Virus record (IMG/VR): IMGVR_UViG_3300017700_000621
Span: 1-39,560 of that record
Source: a virus
Taxonomy: Duplodnaviria; Caudoviricetes
Direction: 5' to 3' (one strand)
DNA: 39,560 nt
Each line of letters begins with the position of its first letter. Within the stretch, counting starts at the first letter, position 1. Positions 1 through 9,415 of the stretch are shown in pieces. The notes beneath the pieces are model-generated. The model was given only the letters and a program-made list of their open reading frames with translations, did not search any database and had not been told where the DNA came from. The position numbers and the translations under genes are program-made.

Positions 1-123
1 ACTCGCGGAAAGGTTCGTTCAGGTTCGCGCTCGTGATCTGTCCCATCATCGCCTCGCGGCTGGCGTAGCGGTCCACCCGGGGGTTCTTCGTCAGGATGAC
101 GGATTCAGCCAGGTCTGCCACGA
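1..123. repeat. Terminal direct repeat, copy 1 (circular-assembly overlap)
   Basis: Bases 1-123 are identical to 39438-39560 and lie inside an ORF that reads through the junction. Confidence 0.97.
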
Positions 124-3100
124 TCCGGGGCAGCAGCTTGCCCTTCGAGAAGAAGGCAGCCTGATCCGCCCGGGATAGACCCTTCACCTGATCGCGCATG
201 TAGGCCGTGGCCGCTTCCTGAAACTTCGGGTTGTCGGCGATCTCCCACCGCGTCCCCTCGAAGGCCAGCAGTTCCGGGGGAACCGCGCTCGTCTTCTGAA
301 AGCGGATGTCCGGCTTGATGCCCTTCGACTTCAGGAAGGCCAGGGCGACGGCGGACGATTGCAGGAAAGTGTCGATGCCATCCTTCTCTACCGCGTCTTC
401 GTCCAGTTCAGACGAAAGCACGTTGCCGAGTTCGTTGCTGGCTGCTGACAACCCCTTCCACGCCTTCCGCAGTTCCACCATGCTGACCTTGTGGCGGACG
501 TTCTGCGGGAATCGCGGCGAATACACGTCGGCGTTGAACACCCGGGCGGCGCTTTCCATGCGCGGGTTCACCATGGACGGCGGCAGCACGATGGTGATGT
601 CCCCGAAGGACGTAAAGTTCGACACGCCCGGGCGGATAATGGCAACGGACGGGACAGCCATGCCGCCGAGTTCCGCGATCTGGCGCACCTTGTCCACGGT
701 CGTGTTGTGCACGGCGATCAGTTGGCCGTCCGGCATCGCCGACAGGCTGAACGACAGGTCATCGTAGCCGCCTGCCCTATCGACCATGCTCTGCGCCTGA
801 GCGGACATCTGCGCCGTCACGCCAAAAGCCGGTTCGCTCTCGCGCTGCGCGGCAGCAATGGCCTCGTCCGTGCGGGTGGCTTCCTCGGCGAGCCGCGCCT
901 TCAGCATCTCGTATTCGGCCATCGACTCTCGCGCCGCCGCGTCCGGCTTGCCCGTGGCAAAGGCGTCCTCGAGTTCGCGCATCCGGGCCAGCCGGGCTTC
1001 CTGATCGGCGGCAGCCGTGACCTGACCGGGGGCGATCATCCCGAGCGCCGCCTTCAGGTGATTCTCGAAGTTCGCGTCCAGCTTCCCGTCGCGCTTCAGC
1101 TTCATCAGCCGCTGCGACATGCGGAACACCGTCTTCAGATGCTCGCCGAGCGTGCGGAAAAAGCCGTTCAGCGCCTTCGGCATCCCCTCGGCTTTGCGGT
1201 TCGCCACGGCGTAGTCCACGACGCGCTTGCTGAACCATTCGACATCCGACGCCTTGCCCGTGGTCGTGGTCTTCGTGCCGGTCGCCGTCTCGTAGGCAGC
1301 GCGCCACTCGGCGATCAGGCTTTCCGCCACGTCGCCCACGGCCAGCCGCTTCTTGATGTAGCCTTCGGCCACCTCTTCCACGGCGGTCAGGGCCGTGCCC
1401 CCCGCGTAAATGTGCGACACGTCGCGATAGACGCCCTGCTGATACTCGGCGACGTTCGCGCCAAGCACGGCGACGTCCTCGGGCTTCACGCCTTCGGGCA
1501 GGTTCGCCACGTTCACGTCGTTCGCGATGCCGATCCGCTGCGTGGCCTCGTCCACGTTCAGCTTCGCCTCGCTGATGAAATCCTGAAGGGTCTTCGCTTC
1601 CTGGCTGACTTCGACCGTGCGGCCCGGCTCGAGGGTCTTCGAAAGGAAGTCCACCGTCTCCGTCAGGGCCACCTGCCGGGCGATCTCCTTCTTCATGTTT
1701 GCCACGAAGCTGCGGTCTTCGGCCACGGTCATGTCCAGCGGCACGATCATCCCGTCCGCCATCTTCACGACCGGCACGCCGTTCACCTGCCCGAGCGCCA
1801 GCCCGCCGACTTCCTCGCCTTCCGTCTTCACGAAGAGCTTTGCCAGGGTGCGGTTGTTGTAGTCGGCCTGCGCCGCCTTGTCGCCGTTCGCCGCCGCCAG
1901 CAGCACGCGGCCCGTCTCCGGGTCGGGCGCAGCGTTCAGGATCTGCTGATCCGTCTTCACGGCGCGCAGCACGTTGAAATCTTCAGCGGCATACACCTGC
2001 CCGTCCTTCGTGGTCAGGTATTCCTGCCCCGCGTTCACCCGGTTGTTCTGATCGACGGTGCCAGCGCCGCCGACCACGCCACCGAAGAACCCGCCGAGGA
2101 TGAAGCCGGACACGCCTTCCACGAGGCGCTTCTTTGCGCCCTCGCCGGTCAGCACTTCCCGCTTCGTGTCGTAGGTCAGGGACGCCATGTAGTCGTTCCA
2201 CGCGCCTTGCGCGGGGTTTTCCACGGCCTCTTCCACGGCGGACGTCAGCGACTGCCGGGCCACGATCTTCGCGAAGTCACCAAACCGCACCTTGCCGGCC
2301 ATCTTCGGCATGTCCTTCAGCACCCCGTTCATCAGGCGTTCGACGCCAAGGGCGCGCTCGAGAACCATCTGCGGGACGGCGGACATCAGGTTCGCCGGCA
2401 GGGCCGCGTCCGGGTTGTAGGCCGCGCCTTCCGCGTCGCGCCGCTCGCCTTCCACCTGCGCGTAGAACGACGATTCCATGCCCACCCACCCGCCCGGCCC
2501 CATCGCCGCCAGGGCTGCCGTCGCCGGCACGCTGCCAGCCGACTGCATGAACTGCCCGATGGTCGTCTGTCGGAACTCCGGGGTGACGTTCCAGCGGTCC
2601 ATCGCGCCGTCGCTCAACTTATACCAAAAGTCCGACAGGCGACGGTATTCCTTCGACACGTCGCCAAGCTGCGAATCCGACCACGCCTTCCACTTGGCGC
2701 GGTAGTCCGTGTCCATCTCGCGCACGAGTTCCGTCATCCGCTGCTGATTGCTCTTGAACAGCGGGTCGGCGGTCACGATGTCCACGTGCGCGCCGCCGAG
2801 CATGTTCGGCTCGCTGTCCGACATCTGCGTGAACTGATACGGGTTCATCATCCGCTCGTTCTGCTTCCACAGCGCGGCATACTCCGGGTTCGCCATCGGC
2901 GTCGGCAGCGCCGGCGCGCCCGTTATCGCCGCAGCCTGCGAGTATAAGCCAGCCGGAACCTGCTGTCCGAATCCTTCGAAGCCGCCGCCGAACGACCGGC
3001 CCGACTGCGTGACCATATCGCGCATCTGCCCGAAGAAGCCCTGGCCCACGCGAGACAGACCATCAGTCGGAGCGTATTCAGCATCCTCCGCAGCCGGTGC

Positions 3101-3412
3101 CGCAGGCGCGCCAGCCTCGTCCGGCTTCGCGCCGGCAGGCTTGTAGGTGGCGGCGATCCGGTCATACGCGGCGGAAGCTGTCGTCCCGTCGCCGAAAAAT
3201 CGGGCCGCGATCTTGTCGAAGTTGCTCAAGATGTCCTGGCGGGGCAGGCCGACGCGGCGGGCCAGCCACAAGCTCACGAACTGCTTGTCCACGAAGTCGG
3301 GCTGCGTGGGCACGGCATTGGCCGCGACCTCGAGCTTCGAACGTGCCACGGCAGGAAGCCGGCCAAGGCGCGTTTCGCGGGACTCGAAAAAGGGGGCGAG
3401 TTCGTCGGACAT
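1..3412 (-). CDS. Large polyvalent internal virion/ejection protein, N-terminal part (continues at 39437 to 36697; ~2050 aa total)
   Basis: ATG at 3412 (MSDELAPFFESRE...) lies just after the upstream stop at 3417. The frame stays open to base 1 and joins in frame (..FRE|WVTEK..) to the 36697-39558 ORF; the ORF track lacks this part, probably because it is open-ended. It has Gly-rich hydrophobic segments, an EExxE motif and a LIAVHN..GG..PS..FGDI module, and sits between the internal virion genes and the tailspike. Confidence 0.85.
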   Translation of the reverse strand, partial: MSDELAPFFESRETRLGRLPAVARSKLEVAANAVPTQPDFVDKQFVSLWLARRVGLPRQDILSNFDKIAARFFGDGTTASAAYDRIAATYKPAGAKPDEAGAPAAPAAEDAEYAPTDGLSRVGQGFFGQMRDMVTQSGRSFGGGFEGFGQQVPAGLYSQAAAITGAPALPTPMANPEYAALWKQNERMMNPYQFTQMSDSEPNMLGGAHVDIVTADPLFKSNQQRMTELVREMDTDYRAKWKAWSDSQLGDVSKEYRRLSDFWYKLSDGAMDRWNVTPEFRQTTIGQFMQSAGSVPATAALAAMGPGGWVGMESSFYAQVEGERRDAEGAAYNPDAALPANLMSAVPQMVLERALGVERLMNGVLKDMPKMAGKVRFGDFAKIVARQSLTSAVEEAVENPAQGAWNDYMASLTYDTKREVLTGEGAKKRLVEGVSGFILGGFFGGVVGGAGTVDQNNRVNAGQEYLTTKDGQVYAAEDFNVLRAVKTDQQILNAAPDPETGRVLLAAANGDKAAQADYNNRTLAKLFVKTEGEEVGGLALGQVNGVPVVKMADGMIVPLDMTVAEDRSFVANMKKEIARQVALTETVDFLSKTLEPGRTVEVSQEAKTLQDFISEAKLNVDEATQRIGIANDVNVANLPEGVKPEDVAVLGANVAEYQQGVYRDVSHIYAGGTALTAVEEVAEGYIKKRLAVGDVAESLIAEWRAAYETATGTKTTTTGKASDVEWFSKRVVDYAVANRKAEGMPKALNGFFRTLGEHLKTVFRMSQRLMKLKRDGKLDANFENHLKAALGMIAPGQVTAAADQEARLARMRELEDAFATGKPDAAARESMAEYEMLKARLAEEATRTDEAIAAAQRESEPAFGVTAQMSAQAQSMVDRAGGYDDLSFSLSAMPDGQLIAVHNTTVDKVRQIAELGGMAVPSVAIIRPGVSNFTSFGDITIVLPPSMVNPRMESAARVFNADVYSPRFPQNVRHKVSMVELRKAWKGLSAASNELGNVLSSELDEDAVEKDGIDTFLQSSAVALAFLKSKGIKPDIRFQKTSAVPPELLAFEGTRWEIADNPKFQEAATAYMRDQVKGLSRADQAAFFSKGKLLPRIVADLAESVILTKNPRVDRYASREAMMGQITSANLNEPFRE

Positions 3413-3416
3413 GGCG

Positions 3417-5153
3417 TCAGTAGTCGAAGGCGTCCTTCACCGCTTGGAACCCGGCAGCTTTCTGGATCTCGGGCAGAAGGACGTCCTGCTGGAACGCCTT
3501 GATCTCGCCGTCCGTGCGCTTGCCGTCCTTCCCGCTGTCGAAGAAGGCGCGGATACGGGATTCCTGATTGAACAGCAGATCGCCCGCCAGCTGATCGCCG
3601 AGCGCCGGCAGCAGCTGCTTGTAGGTGTCCATGACCCCCTTCCGCATCGTGCGCTCGGGCGCGGTGATCGTGCGGTCCAGCCACTGCCCATCCTTCGACC
3701 CCTCTTCCTGAAGGTCCGCCATGTCGGCCAGCTTCAGGGTGAACAGGTCTTCCATCAGGTGCAGGCGGGTTTCCTTCGTCAGCTTGGCCGCGATGATGGC
3801 GTTCTGGATGTCGCGGTATTCGGCATCCGAGGGCTGCCGCCCGAAGAGCTTCGCGACCGTGCCGCCGCGAATCTTGTCTTGGATCATCTTGTAGTCGCCC
3901 GACGTCATCGCCATCTCGGCGCGGGACGTCTGGATCAGCTCTTCCTGAAGCTGCGCGCCCTGCGTCGGGGCGATCTCGCCGAGCGCCACCTGACGTTCGA
4001 CGTCGCGCAGGCCGATGGTGCCCTTGTCCAGCGCCTGCGTCCGCAGCCGGTTCAGGCTGGCATCGCGCTGCTGCGCCGCTTCCTGCAAAGCCTTCTTCGC
4101 CGTGGCGTCCTTCGCCGCCAGCCGGTCTTCGTGCTCGCGCACCGCCAGGGCGATGTCGGGGGACAGGGCCATGGCGGTCGTCAGATCCATCTCGCCGGCC
4201 TTCACGGCAGCGTCCACGTCGGCGGTCGTCGCACGGCCAAGGCGCAGTTCCGACACGAGACGCCGGCCCGTGGTGTCCATCTGATGTTCGGCGGCGCGGA
4301 TGCGGGCCTGCGCGATGGACTGAAGGTTCACGCGGCCACCGATGGAAAGACCGCCACGCGGGTATTCGTAGTTCGCGAAGCTGCCGGTCTTCTCGTCCTT
4401 GGCCGTGATTTCGGCAATGAACATCTTCGACTCGGCGATGGCCTGCTTCGGCGGCAGCGTGCTGATCGCGTCCAGGCGGTTGTTCGCCGTCTTATACATG
4501 CCTTCCTCGAGCCCGGCGCGCACCTTGGCTTCGCGCTGATCGGGAAACAAATCCATCTGATCCATCGACGCGACGAAGCCCTGATAGTCGCCGGCGCGCA
4601 GCTTCAGCTGTGCGTTCGCTTCGATCTGGCTGTTCGCCTTGCGGATGTGGGCCTTCGACTCTTCCAGCCCGAATTCGGTGTCGGCCCGGGCGCGGTAGTC
4701 CTGATACCCCCGCGTATCGGCTTCGACCACGCGAGGACTCCACCCCTGTTCTGCGCGGCGCTTCTCGCGGCCCTTCTCGTAGGACGTCCACGCGGATTCC
4801 CGCACCTTCGTCCACGTCTCGGGTGCGTCCGGCGTCTCGAGCATCGCCTTCTGGATGCCCGCCGACGTCTCCATGCGAAGGTTCTCTTCGCCGGCCAGGA
4901 TTCCCTTGTTCGTCTGTTCCTGCCCGCGCATCGCGTAATTGAAGGCGATCTGCCCAACCTGCTGAAGCGCCTGCCCGACACTCTCAAGCCCCCGGTATTT
5001 GGCGTTCATTCGGCCCTCGTCCAGCATGACGGCCTGCACGGGCACCGTCTGCATGGGGGCGGGGCTGTTCAGCAACGTCGGGCGCATCTGAGCGCCCTGG
5101 GACGCCGGGACGTTCGGGGCTTCGGGAAGGGCGAGTGTGGGGATGCGTGCCAT
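3417..5153 (-). CDS. Internal virion (ejection) protein, 578 aa
   Basis: Start re-assigned to MARIPTLALPEAP (ATG 5153), just after the previous stop. Helical and Ala/Glu/Gln-rich; occupies the T7 gp15-like position. Confidence 0.7.
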   Translation of the reverse strand: MARIPTLALPEAPNVPASQGAQMRPTLLNSPAPMQTVPVQAVMLDEGRMNAKYRGLESVGQALQQVGQIAFNYAMRGQEQTNKGILAGEENLRMETSAGIQKAMLETPDAPETWTKVRESAWTSYEKGREKRRAEQGWSPRVVEADTRGYQDYRARADTEFGLEESKAHIRKANSQIEANAQLKLRAGDYQGFVASMDQMDLFPDQREAKVRAGLEEGMYKTANNRLDAISTLPPKQAIAESKMFIAEITAKDEKTGSFANYEYPRGGLSIGGRVNLQSIAQARIRAAEHQMDTTGRRLVSELRLGRATTADVDAAVKAGEMDLTTAMALSPDIALAVREHEDRLAAKDATAKKALQEAAQQRDASLNRLRTQALDKGTIGLRDVERQVALGEIAPTQGAQLQEELIQTSRAEMAMTSGDYKMIQDKIRGGTVAKLFGRQPSDAEYRDIQNAIIAAKLTKETRLHLMEDLFTLKLADMADLQEEGSKDGQWLDRTITAPERTMRKGVMDTYKQLLPALGDQLAGDLLFNQESRIRAFFDSGKDGKRTDGEIKAFQQDVLLPEIQKAAGFQAVKDAFDY

Positions 5154-5157
5154 AAAG

Positions 5158-5907
5158 TTACCCCTTCGCGAGTGTGGCACCGGCAGCCAGTGCGTTCGCC
5201 GTGCCGGACAGCAGCGTGCCCGTGGCGGCGGCACGATACCCCGCCGCCGATGAGTCGCCATACATGCGCTGCGCCGTGGCCTGCTGGCCCCCGAAGTAGC
5301 GCGTGGCATACGCCTGCTGCGAACCGAAGTAGCGCGTCGCCCACGCCTTTTGCGCGCCGAAGTAGCGGGTGGCCTCGGCGTCCTTGTAGGCCAGATACCG
5401 CTGCATCGCGCCCTGCGTGCGGGTGTTCTGCGCCTCGGCATCCGCCGCCCGCTTCTTGTCGAGGACGTTCAGTTCGATCAGGCCAGCCGTTTCGGCCATG
5501 ACCTCGAGCGGGGTGCCCGTGTCGCCGACGACGCCGGCCTTCGCGTAGCGCGCCTGCTGCGTGGAAAGGGTCTTCTTCCCCTCCATCCGCAGCCGGCGAA
5601 TGTTCTCGCGCCCGGTCATGTCGGCCAGCTGCGCGTTGTTCTCGGCGAGAAGGTAGTTGTAGTCCGCCGCCGCCGTCGTGGCGCGGGCGTTGTAGTCGGC
5701 AGTCTCTTCCAGCTGCTTCGCGTTGTAGGCCGCTTCCTCTTCGATGATGCGGGCGTTATAGGCCGACGTCTGATCGGTCAGGTTGGCGTTGTAGCTCCCG
5801 AGCGCCTTCGCGTTGTTGGCCTGCGTGTGTTGGTTGTAAACCGACACGCCGGTGCCGACCGCCCCGACGACGAGTGCCCCGATTGCGAGTGCTGTGAAGG
5901 CTGCCAT
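5158..5907 (-). CDS. Internal virion protein (T7 gp14-like position)
   Basis: Hydrophobic Gly/Ala N-terminus, 'QQARYAKAGV..GTPLEV' motif, 11-residue repeats; follows tail tubular B and the GNAT gene. Confidence 0.75.
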   Translation of the reverse strand: MAAFTALAIGALVVGAVGTGVSVYNQHTQANNAKALGSYNANLTDQTSAYNARIIEEEAAYNAKQLEETADYNARATTAAADYNYLLAENNAQLADMTGRENIRRLRMEGKKTLSTQQARYAKAGVVGDTGTPLEVMAETAGLIELNVLDKKRAADAEAQNTRTQGAMQRYLAYKDAEATRYFGAQKAWATRYFGSQQAYATRYFGGQQATAQRMYGDSSAAGYRAAATGTLLSGTANALAAGATLAKG

Positions 5908-5908
5908 G

Positions 5909-6310
5909 TTATTGAGGCGGACGGCAGCGAAGGAGATGAATCACCCCGTCGTCTGTCCGCTGAAAGCCGTTTTTCTCGTAGATGCGCGCCAGGGCGGGCT
6001 GACGGCAGGTCGTCAGCATCACGCCGTAGTCCATCGCGTTCGCCCGTTCCCACATGAAATCAACGAGCACGCGGATCGCCGTGGGGACGAACTTCGCCGG
6101 CGTCTCGGGGTTGGTCGTCAGCCATTCCAACATGCAAACGCCCACGCTGTTGTCCATGTAGAGCCACGCCGCGACGACCGCCTTGCCCTCATGCTCGGCG
6201 ATCAGGCCGAACTTCGGCAGGATGGCCTGCGGCAGCTGCGGGAAGCCGTGCGCCTTCCACCATGTCGTCAGCATGGGGTGATCCTCGGGGGTGTATTCGC
6301 GCAGGTTCAT
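5909..6310 (-). CDS. GNAT-fold protein (T7 gp13-like position)
   Basis: 133 aa with 'LREYT', 'WLTTNP' and 'RIYEKNGF' GNAT-like motifs; conserved podovirus gene order. Confidence 0.7.
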   Translation of the reverse strand: MNLREYTPEDHPMLTTWWKAHGFPQLPQAILPKFGLIAEHEGKAVVAAWLYMDNSVGVCMLEWLTTNPETPAKFVPTAIRVLVDFMWERANAMDYGVMLTTCRQPALARIYEKNGFQRTDDGVIHLLRCRPPQ

Positions 6311-8724
6311 CAGTTGCCCGTCACTTGGTATTTGATGACTAACGCAAGCAGCGTCAGCGGCAAGGGTTGAAGCTGTTCCACGATCACGGGGGTGTCGTAG
6401 TCGAATTCCCCTTCGAACTCGGCGAGCTTGTCGCCCGTGTAAAGCCCGGACGATTCGTCCATGCGGTCGTCCGTCGAACGGAACGACAGGTTGTAGGTCC
6501 GCGTCCCGTCGCCGTAGCGCAGCCCGAGGCTGTCCTTCAGGCGGAAGAAGATTTCGCGGATCTGCTTAATCTGGCCCTGGCTGTTGCCCACGATGGGGTC
6601 CACGTCCAAGCGCATCGGCTGGATGATCGTGGTGAACGGAAGGCCGACGTGCACAACGGACGCCGTTTGCGAGTCAGGCAGCGTCACGGCCCCGCCGACC
6701 ACTTCCTGATCGGGGAACACCGCGCCGTCCGCCAGGATGCTGACCGTCTTGCCCTCGAGATGATCCAGGCCGCTGAAAGTGCTCGCCGGCGCGCCGTCGT
6801 AGGACAGCCCGGAGTCCACAAAGAAGGCGTCTTCCTTCGCCGTCCACTGCACCGGGTTGAACCGTTCGATGTAACGCTTCGTCACGCCATCGATGGTGCG
6901 GTTCACGACCATCCACACTTCATCCTCGGAACTGCCATAGATCGTAGCGACGGACTCGAACAGGCCGTCCGTGACGTGCCGGTGCCAGCCCTCCACCTGC
7001 TGCGCCCGCTCGTAGGTCATACCGATCAGGACGCCTTCGGCGGTCACGGCCCACACGATTGAATTGCGCTGCTGCTGATAGGCCATCTGCACGATGCCCC
7101 CGCCCGTGATGTGTTCGGCCAGGGCGGTCAGTTCGTCGCCGTCGTAGCGGTCGTTCTCGAGGGTGTAGGTCATTTCCCGCACGCGCCGGCCCTGCCGCTG
7201 CACGAACAGGGTCACGGAGTTGACGAGCAGCGCGCCGATGGCGTTGCTGCCGTAGTTCGTCTGCCGCTTCACGACGACGTTCGTGGGGCTGATCGGGTTC
7301 ACGTCGTCACCCGACGACATCACCCACTCGCCGCCGCCCGTGCCGATCAGCAGCGCGGTATGCGAGGAAAGCCACTGGATCGCGTTGCGCTCGCGTGCGC
7401 CGAGCGTGTAGCTGAAGGCGTCCGTGTCGTCCGTCCCGTAGGCAAAGTTCTCGTAGTCGCCGATGACGGAACCCCACACCGTTTGCGCCTGATAGTCCGT
7501 GCCGCCGAAGACAAGCCGCTGTTCGTGCAGCGTGACCGCTTTCGGGAAGCCACGGTAGGCCGACCACGCGCCTTCGCGCCACACGTCTGTCGCGGTCGTC
7601 GCCTCGAGGGGCTTGACCACAGTGACGACGGCGTTCTGCGCGTTCGTCACCGCCGTGATCTTCACCAGCCCGTCCACGTAGGCGTCCACGACTTCGAAGA
7701 TGGCGCGGGGTGTCCCGGTGGCGCTGGCCCAGTTGGCGATCACGATCTTGTAAAGCGCCTCGTCCTCGGCGACGCCGGTGGCGTCCACGTTGCGATCCGA
7801 CCGGCCCGTGAACTTGCGGATCGTTACCCACGTCGCGCCGGCGTCCGTGCTGCGCTGCACAAGGACGTCCGCCGACCACGTGCCGTAGGTGCGGACGTTC
7901 CAGTTGCCGGTTGCCTTTTGCGTGGCGCTGTCGCCGTCCCCGGTGATGTTGATTTCCACGCTGTTCGCCGCCCTGGCGTGCGACAGCTGAAAGTAAGCCC
8001 CCACGTGCGCGGCCACGAACAGGTCCGCCGACGCTACCAGGGCGACGCCGCTGCCCGTCAGGGCACCCGCCGCCAAGGTGATCGCCGTCACGTTCTCGTC
8101 CAGCAGCGCCGGCGTCAGGAACGACACTTCGGCCAGCGTCCACGTGTCATCCGCCACCCGCGACAACTTCCGCACGGCGTAGTCGGGATGCACGATGTAG
8201 GTGACGTCATTGATCTGCGCGAACTGAAGGTCGAACAGGTCTTCCTCGTCCCACGGCGTCGGGATCTCGTAGATGTCCTGCTGCACCCACTTGGCGGCAG
8301 CCAGATCTGTCGCGAACACGCCGGCAGCGTGCGCCACGATGCAGTAGTAAACTTGCCCGCCCTGAAGGACGAAATCGCCGACGACGTAGTTCGTCAGCGT
8401 GACCCATGCAGCCGGGGCATCCTTCTCCACCTGCGCGCCGTTGCTGGCGAAACGCATGTATTGATGACCGACCTCGAGCACGAACGTCGTCGTGGTCGAG
8501 AAGCGGAAGTCCTCGAGGCGGCACTTCCGGTCGGAAAACTTGGCCTCGGCGATGAATTGCAGCCCGGGCCGGCGACGGGCCGCGCCGTAGATCTCGAGGA
8601 TGGCGTTTTGTAGCTGCCGACAGCCGGACTTATACTTCCCCAAGTCCACACGGGCGTCCAGAAACGGGGAGAGTTCCCCCGCGTTGAACGACACGAGCGA
8701 GTCTTTGGAGCGTCCTCTACCCAT
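6310..8724 (-). CDS. Tail tubular protein B / nozzle (T7 gp12-like)
   Basis: 804 aa with 'SFNAGELSP', 'FAQINDVTYIVHPDY', 'FPKAVTLHEQRLVFGG' and 'GLDHLEGKTV'. Confidence 0.9.
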   Translation of the reverse strand: MGRGRSKDSLVSFNAGELSPFLDARVDLGKYKSGCRQLQNAILEIYGAARRRPGLQFIAEAKFSDRKCRLEDFRFSTTTTFVLEVGHQYMRFASNGAQVEKDAPAAWVTLTNYVVGDFVLQGGQVYYCIVAHAAGVFATDLAAAKWVQQDIYEIPTPWDEEDLFDLQFAQINDVTYIVHPDYAVRKLSRVADDTWTLAEVSFLTPALLDENVTAITLAAGALTGSGVALVASADLFVAAHVGAYFQLSHARAANSVEINITGDGDSATQKATGNWNVRTYGTWSADVLVQRSTDAGATWVTIRKFTGRSDRNVDATGVAEDEALYKIVIANWASATGTPRAIFEVVDAYVDGLVKITAVTNAQNAVVTVVKPLEATTATDVWREGAWSAYRGFPKAVTLHEQRLVFGGTDYQAQTVWGSVIGDYENFAYGTDDTDAFSYTLGARERNAIQWLSSHTALLIGTGGGEWVMSSGDDVNPISPTNVVVKRQTNYGSNAIGALLVNSVTLFVQRQGRRVREMTYTLENDRYDGDELTALAEHITGGGIVQMAYQQQRNSIVWAVTAEGVLIGMTYERAQQVEGWHRHVTDGLFESVATIYGSSEDEVWMVVNRTIDGVTKRYIERFNPVQWTAKEDAFFVDSGLSYDGAPASTFSGLDHLEGKTVSILADGAVFPDQEVVGGAVTLPDSQTASVVHVGLPFTTIIQPMRLDVDPIVGNSQGQIKQIREIFFRLKDSLGLRYGDGTRTYNLSFRSTDDRMDESSGLYTGDKLAEFEGEFDYDTPVIVEQLQPLPLTLLALVIKYQVTGN

Positions 8725-9328
8725 TGGTGGAACGGTAGCGCGAGTTCACGAAGCGGGATTCCGACGTCGGGTCATAACGGCGGGCCTTCCGCTCGTTGCC
8801 GTCCGTCTTGCGCGCCCGGGGCAGCGTGATGCGCTCGTATTCTTGGCGCAGGTTCGCCGCCATGGCCTCGTCCTGGCGCATCGGCACGCTGATCTTCGAG
8901 GCGAGCAAGACCACGATGGCGTCCACCATCAGCGGGTCGTATTGGTTCGGGTCGTCCTTGTAGGCGATATACTGGATGTCCGCCGTGTCGGCGTCCGTCA
9001 GCAGCACCTTGCCTTCGATCTCGAAGTATTCGCCCGGCTCGTCGTTTGTCAGGTCCACGCCGTTCAGCTTAAACAGGCGGATGAAATCGGTGGGCAGCTG
9101 AAACTGCTTCGCCCACCCGAAGGAAGGCGGCGTGGTCAGTTCTGCCAGCGTGGCGCGGGATTTCAGCGGGTTCCACATGCCGGCCCGGCTGACCTCGCGC
9201 ACGGTGGATTCGAAGGCGTTCTTGCACGCCCGTGCGCCCTTTGAGTCGGCGTCGTCAATGTCCATGATCGTCAGCGCGCCGACGCGTGCCAGGGCGAGGT
9301 TGCAGATGTCTGTTTTGCTGACGGCCAT
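8717..9328 (-). CDS. Tail tubular protein A / adaptor (T7 gp11-like)
   Basis: 'TDICNLALARVG', 'WN', 'FQLPTDFIRL' and 'IEGKVLLTD' motifs; directly upstream of tubular B. Confidence 0.88.
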   Translation of the reverse strand: MAVSKTDICNLALARVGALTIMDIDDADSKGARACKNAFESTVREVSRAGMWNPLKSRATLAELTTPPSFGWAKQFQLPTDFIRLFKLNGVDLTNDEPGEYFEIEGKVLLTDADTADIQYIAYKDDPNQYDPLMVDAIVVLLASKISVPMRQDEAMAANLRQEYERITLPRARKTDGNERKARRYDPTSESRFVNSRYRSTNG

Positions 9329-9350
9329 ATTCTGAGGGGGTTGAAACTTT

Positions 9351-9391
9351 AAGAAAATGACCCCGCGCCAGCCGATGCCGACGCGGGGTCA
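9351..9391 (-). terminator. Rho-independent terminator after the capsid and decoration genes
   Basis: Minus strand TGACCCCGCGTCGGC-ATCG-GCTGGCGCGGGGTCA followed by TTTTCTT: a 15-bp stem with two G-U pairs. Confidence 0.85.
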
Positions 9392-9415
9392 CCCTAACAC
9401 CCAAGTATTCGACGC

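Noticed and set aside
1-123. The 123-bp repeat as a biological terminal repeat
   Set aside because: It lies mid-ORF and the frame continues across the junction, so an assembly overlap is the simpler explanation.
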